Assembly: GCA_014360755.1 (NCBI GenBank)
Contig: JACIWX010000003.1
Coordinates: forward strand, 283,678 to 347,677
Length of the DNA: 64,000 bases
From: Chloroflexota bacterium
GTDB lineage: Bacteria; Chloroflexota; Anaerolineae; UBA2200
Direction: 5' to 3'
Shown: positions 57,479 through 64,000 of the stretch, one piece after another
Layout: the number at the start of each line of letters is the position of its first letter
How positions within the stretch are numbered: the stretch's first letter is position 1
Notes under the pieces: model-generated
Told to the model about the DNA's origin: nothing
Databases searched by the model: none
Seen by the model: the letters and a program-made list of their open reading frames with translations, nothing else
Made by a program: the position numbers and the translations under genes

Positions 57479-58243
57479 ATGACGATGACCATTGCAGTCG
57501 CTGGAAAAGGTGGCACGGGCAAAACTACCTTTGCCGCGCTGCTGATTAAATACATACGTTCCCGGAACCTGGGTTATATCCTAGCCATTGATGGGGACCC
57601 CAGTGCTAACCTGAACCTGGTGCTGGGCATGGATCTTCCAGACACCATTGGCCACATCCGCGAGGACACACTGGCGCAGATCAGCCGGGGTCGTTACGAT
57701 ACGTCTATCCCTAAGGCAGATTTTTTCGAGTACCGCATCAACGAGGCATTAGCGGAGGGGGATAGGATAGACCTGATTGCCATGGGCCGCCCAGAAGGGC
57801 CTGGTTGCTACTGTGCTGCGAATAGCATCCTGCGCACCGTGATTGACCGCCTGGGCAATCAATATGACTTTGTGGTGATAGACAACGAAGCAGGATTGGA
57901 GCACATCAGCCGCCAGACCACACGCGATGTAGACAAGTTGTTCATCGTTACGGATATGACCATGCGCGGTATTGCTGCCGCCGGGCATATCGTACGCCTT
58001 ATCAAGGAACTGGGCACACGTGTTCATGAAACGTACCTAGTGATCAATCGGGCGGAGAGCGATATCCCCCCGTTGATGCGGGAGGAAATCGCACGGCTTG
58101 GGTTGAACCTCATTGGCACGTTGCCCCAGGACAGGACGATCACTGAGTTCGACTTGACGGGCAGGCCGTTGATCGAGATCAGCGAAGAGTCCCCCATTTA
58201 CAAGGCAGTGACAGAAATCGCTGCCAAAGCAGGCATTCGCTGA
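57479..58243 (+). CDS. cooC: CODH nickel-insertion accessory ATPase CooC/AcsF
   Basis: Deviant Walker A AVAGKGGTGKTT, MinD/ParA fold and CxC-like GPGCYCAAN motif. 254 aa. Confidence 0.85.
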   Translation: MTMTIAVAGKGGTGKTTFAALLIKYIRSRNLGYILAIDGDPSANLNLVLGMDLPDTIGHIREDTLAQISRGRYDTSIPKADFFEYRINEALAEGDRIDLIAMGRPEGPGCYCAANSILRTVIDRLGNQYDFVVIDNEAGLEHISRQTTRDVDKLFIVTDMTMRGIAAAGHIVRLIKELGTRVHETYLVINRAESDIPPLMREEIARLGLNLIGTLPQDRTITEFDLTGRPLIEISEESPIYKAVTEIAAKAGIR

Positions 58244-58326
58244 GCAGTCTGCATCTTGATAGCAACGAAACCTTTCATCACATAAATGGCAGGATACGCA
58301 ATACGTAATACAAAAAGGAGGATCAC

Positions 58327-59247
58327 ATGCTGATTATCGGCGAGAATATCCATATCATCTCCCCAAAGGTCAAGGCTGCCTTCGAGACCCGGGACAGCAA
58401 GTTCATCCAGGAACTGGCCTTGCGGCAGGTGGAGCACGGCGCAGACATGCTCGACCTGAACATCGGGCCACAGAGAAAGCGCGGCGTGGAAGTGATGGAG
58501 TGGATCGTGGACGCGGTGCAAGAAGTTACGGATGTACCCCTCTCGCTGGACACCACCAATGCAGCGGCGATCGAGGCTGGCTTGAAACGGGTCAAACGTC
58601 AGGCGATGATCAATTCTACCTCAGCTGACCCAGAGCGGCTGGAGACCATTATGCCACTGGCAGCCAAGTACAATGCCAAGATCGTTGCTTTGACCATGGG
58701 CAAATCGGGCATCCCCACGACCGCCGAGGCACGCATAGAACTGGCGATGGAAGTATTAATCCCCAAAGCCATGGAACTGGGTATACCGATGTCCGATCTG
58801 TACCTTGATCCACTCGTGCTCACAGTCAATGGGACGCAAGAACATGCGCCACACACGTTGAATGCAGTGCGCTTCTTCAAGCAGCTCACCGATCCGCCAC
58901 CCATGACTGTGGTTGGCCTCTCCAACATCTCCAACAGCGTTCCAGCAGAAAACCGCAGCCTGATCAATCGCACCTTCTTGGTCATGCTGATGGCTGCTGG
59001 CCTGGACGCAGCCATTGCGGACCCGTTGGATAAGAAGCTGAACGAATATATACGCATCGTGCAACAACGTGACACAAGCACAGGCCTGGGCAATTTGCTC
59101 GTAACACTCTACGACAAAACAGCGGCTATGGAAGAGCTCGAACCTTCCGATGTGGACATGGGCGACCCAGAACAGGTAGCTGTTTGGAAGACCACGCAAA
59201 TCCTGTACAACAAGGTCATCTACGCGCATTCGTATCTGCGCATGTAG
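58327..59247 (+). CDS. acsE: methyltetrahydrofolate:corrinoid/iron-sulfur protein Co-methyltransferase
   Basis: Pterin-binding TIM barrel (IIGENIHIIS...DMLDLNIG...NSTSADPE). Last gene before the terminator. Confidence 0.85.
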   Translation: MLIIGENIHIISPKVKAAFETRDSKFIQELALRQVEHGADMLDLNIGPQRKRGVEVMEWIVDAVQEVTDVPLSLDTTNAAAIEAGLKRVKRQAMINSTSADPERLETIMPLAAKYNAKIVALTMGKSGIPTTAEARIELAMEVLIPKAMELGIPMSDLYLDPLVLTVNGTQEHAPHTLNAVRFFKQLTDPPPMTVVGLSNISNSVPAENRSLINRTFLVMLMAAGLDAAIADPLDKKLNEYIRIVQQRDTSTGLGNLLVTLYDKTAAMEELEPSDVDMGDPEQVAVWKTTQILYNKVIYAHSYLRM

Positions 59248-59347
59248 GCACGCGCAAACCGTAAATAGCCCTCAATTGCGCGACAAGCTGGCAGATAAGT
59301 ACTGTCACTTGCTTGTCATACTTATGCACAATAATCAGCTGCGCTGA

Positions 59348-59386
59348 AAGCCCTGGCCAAAGTATGACCAGGGCTTGTGTTTCTTC
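59348..59386 (+). terminator. intrinsic terminator of the acs operon
   Basis: 9-bp stem AAGCCCTGG / CCAGGGCTT with an 11-nt loop, followed by GTGTTTCTTC. Confidence 0.6.
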
Positions 59387-59412
59387 ACCGCTTGGGCAAA
59401 ACGTGGTATAAT
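59384..59412 (+). promoter_or_regulatory. putative promoter (TTCACC-N17-TGgTATAAT) of the aminotransferase operon
   Basis: Extended -10 TGgTATAAT at 59404-59412, about 95 nt upstream of ATG 59506. Confidence 0.45.
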
Positions 59413-59505
59413 CGTATGGAGCAGAATACGGTGGGCGGTGCTTATTCGCGCGTATTTCAGAGCAGGGTTTTCTGCCACACACTTCTGGCAAAGGAGGAAA
59501 CTGTC

Positions 59506-60693
59506 ATGTCCAATACTTACCGTGATCTCAACCCCCCTGAGCGCTTGTTGCTCGGCCCAGGACCAAGCAATGTAGACCCCCGTGTGCTGCGGGCGATGTC
59601 CACGCCATTGCTGGGCCATCTCGATCCAGAGTTCCTCAAAATCATGGACGAAACAAAGCAGTTGCTGCAGTATACCTTCCAGACGAATAACTACCTTACC
59701 CTCCCTGTTTCAGGCACAGGCAGCGCCGGCATGGAAACTGCCTTGTGCAATGTCATTGAACCTGGCGACAGAGTCGTGGTATGCGTGAGCGGCGTTTTTG
59801 GTGAGCGGATGTGCGATATCGTAGAACGCTGTGGCGGGGAGTTGATCCGGATTGATGCGGAATGGGGGCACATCATTACCCCGGAGCAAGTGGAAGCCGT
59901 TTTGCGCAAATCAGCAGTCAAGGTCGTCGCCATTGTGCATGCCGAGACTTCCACAGGCGTGCTCCAACCTTTGGGAGACATCGAGCGCCTGGTGCATGAG
60001 CATGGCGCTTTGTTCCTGGTGGATACAGTAACCTCCCTGGGCGGTTGCCCGGTGAAAGTGGATGAATGGAAATTGGATGTCGTTTATAGCGGCACGCAGA
60101 AATGCTTGAGTTGTCCGCCGGGCTTGGCCCCCATTACCTTCTCCCCACGCGCTGAACAAGTCCTGGACGCACGCAAGCGCAAGGTCCAGAGTTGGTATCT
60201 GGATATGACCATGATTCGGCGTTATTGGGGCCAAGAGCGATTCTACCACCATACTGCTCCCATCAGCATGTGCTATGCCTTGCGAGAGGCTCTGCGCATC
60301 ATCTACGAAGAAGGCTTGGAGGCGCGTTGGCAGCGCCATGCCCTGAACCATCGGGCTTTGATGGCAGGACTGCAAGCCATGGGCTTGAAGCCATTCGCCC
60401 AAGAGGGCTATTGGCTGCCTTCTCTGAACGCCGTACGTGTGCCGGATGGCATCCAGGACATGCGGGTACGAGGCCGTCTGCTGCAGGAGTATGGGATCGA
60501 AATTGGCGGGGGCTTGGGCAAGGTCAAGGGGCAAATTTGGCGCATCGGGCTGATGGGGTACAACTCCACACGCAAAACAGTTATGGTATTCTTGAGCGCG
60601 CTGGAGGCGGTGTTGCGCGGAGAGGGCTATCCTGTTCGCCCAGGAGAGGCGGTGGCGGCAGCCGAGCAGGTGTACAGAACTGCATCAAGTTAA
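59506..60693 (+). CDS. class V aminotransferase (serine--pyruvate / alanine--glyoxylate aminotransferase family)
   Basis: LLGPGPSNV N-terminus, PLP-Lys region (VYSGTQKCLS) and 395 aa from ATG 59506 (AAAGGAGG RBS). The ORF-track start at 59377 is upstream of the RBS. Confidence 0.75.
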   Translation: MSNTYRDLNPPERLLLGPGPSNVDPRVLRAMSTPLLGHLDPEFLKIMDETKQLLQYTFQTNNYLTLPVSGTGSAGMETALCNVIEPGDRVVVCVSGVFGERMCDIVERCGGELIRIDAEWGHIITPEQVEAVLRKSAVKVVAIVHAETSTGVLQPLGDIERLVHEHGALFLVDTVTSLGGCPVKVDEWKLDVVYSGTQKCLSCPPGLAPITFSPRAEQVLDARKRKVQSWYLDMTMIRRYWGQERFYHHTAPISMCYALREALRIIYEEGLEARWQRHALNHRALMAGLQAMGLKPFAQEGYWLPSLNAVRVPDGIQDMRVRGRLLQEYGIEIGGGLGKVKGQIWRIGLMGYNSTRKTVMVFLSALEAVLRGEGYPVRPGEAVAAAEQVYRTASS

Positions 60694-60709
60694 AACCGGG
60701 GCATACAAA

Positions 60710-61615
60710 ATGGCTATGCATCCATTCTCACTGGCAGGGATTTACGCCCCAATTCCCACGCCGTTTGACGCCAATGATGCGGTGGCCCACGACAAACTGG
60801 CGGAAAACATCGCCAAGTGGAACAAGACCAGCCTAGCAGGCTTTGTCGTTCTAGGCACCAACGGCGAATTTCCCCTCCTGAGCGACCGAGAGAAAGTGGA
60901 GGTACTGAGAACGGCCCGTCAGGCTATTCCTAAAGACAAGCAGTTTATCGCCGGTACGGGTTGCGAGTCAACCGGGCACACCTTGCGTTTCACTGAGCAA
61001 GCGGCAGCAATTGGAGCAGATGCGGCAATGGTCATCACTCCCAGTTATTACAAGTCCAGAATGGATGCGGGTGCCATGCGACGGCACTTTCTCCAATTAG
61101 CGGATCGTTCTCCCTTGCCGGTGATTCTCTACAACATGCCCGGTAACACGGGAGTTGACCTGGCTGCAGAGACTGTGCTGGAAATGGCGCAGCATCCCAA
61201 TATTGTGGGCATCAAGGACAGCAGCGGCAATATCGTCAAACTGGGAGAAATCCTGCGCGCTGCTCCGCCCCATTTTCAGATCTTGGCGGGATCGGCCAGC
61301 TTTCTCTATGCCGCGTTGGTTCTGGGCGCGGTAGGCGGCGTTGCTGCCTTGGCGAATATCGCTCCGGAGGCATGTTGCCGTCTGTATGAATACACTTTGC
61401 AGGGACAACACCAGGAAGCACGGCAACTGCAATTGAAGTTGATTCCGCCCAATGCGGCTGTGACCATCCGTTTCGGCGTCCCAGGTCTCAAACAAGCAAT
61501 GGATTGGCTGGGTTACTATGGTGGGCCACCGCGTCCACCGCTAGTGCCTTTGGATGAGGCGCAACAGGCTGCGCTGAAGGCCATTCTCATCGCCGCTGGA
61601 ATCCTCCCGACGTAA
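60710..61615 (+). CDS. dihydrodipicolinate synthase / N-acetylneuraminate lyase family (class I aldolase)
   Basis: GIYAPIPTPFD...VLGTNGEFPLL...YNMPGNTG and Schiff-base Lys region (GIKDSSG). Confidence 0.7.
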   Translation: MAMHPFSLAGIYAPIPTPFDANDAVAHDKLAENIAKWNKTSLAGFVVLGTNGEFPLLSDREKVEVLRTARQAIPKDKQFIAGTGCESTGHTLRFTEQAAAIGADAAMVITPSYYKSRMDAGAMRRHFLQLADRSPLPVILYNMPGNTGVDLAAETVLEMAQHPNIVGIKDSSGNIVKLGEILRAAPPHFQILAGSASFLYAALVLGAVGGVAALANIAPEACCRLYEYTLQGQHQEARQLQLKLIPPNAAVTIRFGVPGLKQAMDWLGYYGGPPRPPLVPLDEAQQAALKAILIAAGILPT

Positions 61616-61678
61616 TAGGGCGGATTCAAGTGGTTTGCAGGGTTTCTCGCCCCGTTTAATCAGGTCGATGGAGAGAGC

Positions 61679-63076
61679 ATGTACAACAAGGTAGATGCTG
61701 AAGTAGTTGCCGAACTGCGTCAGATTGTAGGCGAAGGCAACGTTCTGGTAAAGCGAGAGGATATCGAGCCATACACGCACGATGAAGTAGTAGGCTTGCG
61801 AGCTGATCCTGAGGTCGTGGTCAAAGCGACTTCCGCTCAACAGATTGCAGCAATCTTCAAATTAGCTCAACGGAAAAGGATACCTGTGACGCCGCGCGGC
61901 GCCGGTTGGGGGTTGAGTGGTGGGGCTGTCCCTGTCTGCGGCGGGATTGTCCTTTCGCTGGAGAAGATGAACCGCATCCTGGAAATTGACAAGGAAAACC
62001 TGATGGTTACCGTAGAGCCAGGGGTGATCACGGGCGACATCCACCGCGCGGTAGAGGCGGAAGGCCTGTTCTATCCTCCTGACCCCGCCAGCTTGGATTC
62101 CTGTTCTATCGGGGGCAACATTGCCGAAGGGGCAGGCGGGCCGAGAGCGGTCAAGTACGGGACCACGATGCACTATGTCTGTGGCTTGGAGGCGGTGCTG
62201 CCTTCAGGCGACATCATCATGTGCGGCGGAAAACTGGTTAAAAATGTAACCGGCTATAATCTGATTCAATTGATCATTGGGTCCGAAGGCACCCTGGCTG
62301 TGGTAACCAAGATCATCCTGCGCCTGTTGCCCCTGCCCAAAGAGCAGATTGACCTGCTTGTGCCCTACGATGATTTCCAGGCAGCAGCGGATACCGTCTC
62401 CGCCATTATTGCGCAGCGCATTGTGCCGGCGACCATTGAATTCATGGAGCGGGATAGCATCTTGGCAGTGGAGCGTTTGCTGCAGAAAGAAGTGCCATAC
62501 GATGACGCAGAAGCACACCTGCTCATCCAACTGGACGGCAACTATCGTGAGCAGGTGGATGCGGACATGGAAATCGTGGGCGAACTCTGCCTGCAGCATG
62601 GCGCACGGGATGTCCTGGTCGCCAGGGACCGGCCTACCCGCGATCGGCTGTGGGAAGCACGGCGCAAGATCATCGAGGCTCTGAAACATGAGAGCCCCAT
62701 TAACCACATGGAGGACGTGGTCGTGCCCCGCTCGGAGATACCGCGCCTGCTGAAGGGGGTCAAGGAAATTGCCAGAGAGTACGGTGTGCGTATCATCAGT
62801 TTTGGCCATGCTGGCGATGGCAATGTACACCTCAATGTCCTGAAAGATGACCTGTCCATGGAACGCTGGGAAGAACTTGTGCCTCGGATCGAGGAAGCTG
62901 TCTACCGTCTCACCTTATCGCTGGGCGGGACTATCACTGGCGAGCATGGTGTTGGAGCTACGCGGCGTAGATACCTGCCGCTGGCTTTGGATGAAGCACA
63001 GATCGCACTCCAACGCCGTATGCGAGCTGCTTTTGACCCCAATCAAATCTTGAACCCAAACAAAATTTTCCCCTAG
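61679..63076 (+). CDS. FAD-linked oxidase (GlcD / D-lactate dehydrogenase-like)
   Basis: FAD-binding PCMH domain (PRGAGWGLSGGAVP, EGTLAVVT) and C-terminal oxidase domain. 465 aa. Confidence 0.75.
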   Translation: MYNKVDAEVVAELRQIVGEGNVLVKREDIEPYTHDEVVGLRADPEVVVKATSAQQIAAIFKLAQRKRIPVTPRGAGWGLSGGAVPVCGGIVLSLEKMNRILEIDKENLMVTVEPGVITGDIHRAVEAEGLFYPPDPASLDSCSIGGNIAEGAGGPRAVKYGTTMHYVCGLEAVLPSGDIIMCGGKLVKNVTGYNLIQLIIGSEGTLAVVTKIILRLLPLPKEQIDLLVPYDDFQAAADTVSAIIAQRIVPATIEFMERDSILAVERLLQKEVPYDDAEAHLLIQLDGNYREQVDADMEIVGELCLQHGARDVLVARDRPTRDRLWEARRKIIEALKHESPINHMEDVVVPRSEIPRLLKGVKEIAREYGVRIISFGHAGDGNVHLNVLKDDLSMERWEELVPRIEEAVYRLTLSLGGTITGEHGVGATRRRYLPLALDEAQIALQRRMRAAFDPNQILNPNKIFP

Positions 63077-63108
63077 AATGCAAAGCGCGCCATGCCATTC
63101 CGAACGCA

Positions 63109-63675
63109 GTGAAGGGATGTCATAAAGCCGTGAAAGAAAAGCCAGCGATTGTCTTGGTGCCTATAGGCGTTGTCCCAGCTGATCTGCTTGACTACCTGAC
63201 ACGCTCGCTAGCCATGATTTTTGGCTTCCCATGCGAGATTGCACCTTCCCTTCCTATCCCCATTGCAGCGTATGACCGGCGCCGTGGCCAATACAGAGGG
63301 GATGACATCTTGCGCCTGCTCATTGGATTGGAGATGCCACAAGCCAGGCGCGTCTTGGGCATCATCGATGCCGATTGTTACACTCCAGGGCTCAACTTTA
63401 TCTTCGGCCAAGCCAGGATGCGCGGGCGCGATGCCTTTATTGCCTTGCCGCGCCTAAGGCAGTCCTTCTACGGATTACCAGAAGACGAATCTCTGTTCCA
63501 GGAGCGGGTGCTGAAAGAAGCAGTGCATGAGTTAGGACACACGTACGGCTTGGATCATTGCCCCAATCCCAAATGCGTGATGCATTTTTCCAACAGCCTG
63601 CGCGATACCGACGTGAAGGACGCTGCATTTTGCGGCCGTTGCCAAACCCTGTGGAAACATGCCAGTAGCGCATGA
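63109..63675 (+). CDS. amzA: archaemetzincin-like zinc metallopeptidase
   Basis: HELGHTYGLDHCPNPKCVMHFS...CGRCQ matches the HExxHxxGxxHC...CxMx17CxxC archaemetzincin signature. Confidence 0.7.
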   Translation: MKGCHKAVKEKPAIVLVPIGVVPADLLDYLTRSLAMIFGFPCEIAPSLPIPIAAYDRRRGQYRGDDILRLLIGLEMPQARRVLGIIDADCYTPGLNFIFGQARMRGRDAFIALPRLRQSFYGLPEDESLFQERVLKEAVHELGHTYGLDHCPNPKCVMHFSNSLRDTDVKDAAFCGRCQTLWKHASSA

Positions 63676-63700
63676 ACAGATTGTGAGAGGGAGAGATACT

Positions 63701-64000
63701 ATGCCACAACCACTGACTGCCGTCCTCATTGGTGCGGGTCAAAGGGGTTACGAGGCGTATGGTCCTTATGCCCTGGCACACCCGGACGAGATCCGTTTCG
63801 TCGCGGTCGCTGAGCCCCACGACGTGCGCCGAGCGCGCTTCGCCAAAGCCCATGCCATCCCTCCAGAACGCCAGTTTCGCACTTGGGAGGAACTATTTGC
63901 CCAGGGGAAAATGGCTGATGCGGCACTTATCTGCACCTTGGACAGGCAGCATGTTGGACCCACTATTGCTGCTCTAGAGAATGGCTATGATGTCCTTTTG
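63701..64000 (+). CDS. Gfo/Idh/MocA-family oxidoreductase, N-terminal fragment (continues beyond window end)
   Basis: ATG 63701 after GGGAGAG. MPQPLTAVLIGAGQRGYEAYGPYALAHPDEIRFVAVAEP... is a Rossmann N-terminus of the Gfo/Idh/MocA family. It is absent from the ORF track because no stop occurs inside the window. Confidence 0.65.
   Translation, partial: MPQPLTAVLIGAGQRGYEAYGPYALAHPDEIRFVAVAEPHDVRRARFAKAHAIPPERQFRTWEELFAQGKMADAALICTLDRQHVGPTIAALENGYDVLL

Noticed and set aside
1-64000. CRISPR arrays, rRNA operons, and integrase, transposase or prophage genes.
   Set aside because: No regularly spaced direct repeats, no rRNA-like sequence and no recognisable integrase or transposase ORF. The only mobile signatures are the three non-autonomous MITE copies.

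Overview
This 64-kb chromosomal window comes from an anaerobic bacterium, roughly 55-58% GC by eye. T-box control of thrS, tig-clpP-clpX-alaS and ruvX-mltG synteny, comEA and Gram-positive-type tandem deoxynucleoside kinases suggest a Terrabacteria-type lineage (Chloroflexota- or Firmicutes-like). The lineage cannot be fixed from sequence alone. The first 30 kb is mostly housekeeping: the gyrB 5' end (cut by the window edge), pncA/pncB-like NAD salvage, lon, rsmD, plsC, two tandem deoxynucleoside kinases (one fused to a MazG-like domain), an Fe-ADH plus tungsten-type aldehyde:ferredoxin oxidoreductase pair, a CDF metal exporter with a triplicated C-terminal domain, comEA, thrS with a T-box leader (specifier ACC), tRNA-Leu(TAG) and tRNA-Gly(GCC), tig-clpP-clpX-alaS, ruvX and mltG. 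The second half is a nearly complete Wood-Ljungdahl (reductive acetyl-CoA) island. It contains metF/metV with a GltD-like/ferredoxin/MvhD fusion oxidoreductase, then fchA-folD-fhs. After that comes one long operon, bounded by a sigma70-like promoter and an intrinsic terminator, in the order HMA-like small protein, cooS, acsB, three tandem CBS-pair paralogs, acsD, acsC, a membrane alpha/beta-hydrolase-fold protein, a PAP2 phosphatase-like protein, RACo, cooC and acsE. The most unusual non-coding signals are two. First, three copies of a MITE-like element of about 150-220 bp with 14-bp terminal inverted repeats and 6-8-bp target-site duplications; one copy sits between folD and fhs. Second, a roughly 420-bp array of at least ten perfect palindromes with 1-6-bp centres between the thrS promoter and the tRNA genes. 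The most interesting candidate novelties are the non-canonical genes embedded in the acs operon: an HMA-fold protein with DHH replacing CxxC, the CBS triplet, a hydrolase-fold protein apparently lacking the Ser nucleophile, and a PAP2-like protein with a degenerate motif II. No CRISPR array, rRNA or obvious prophage is present.
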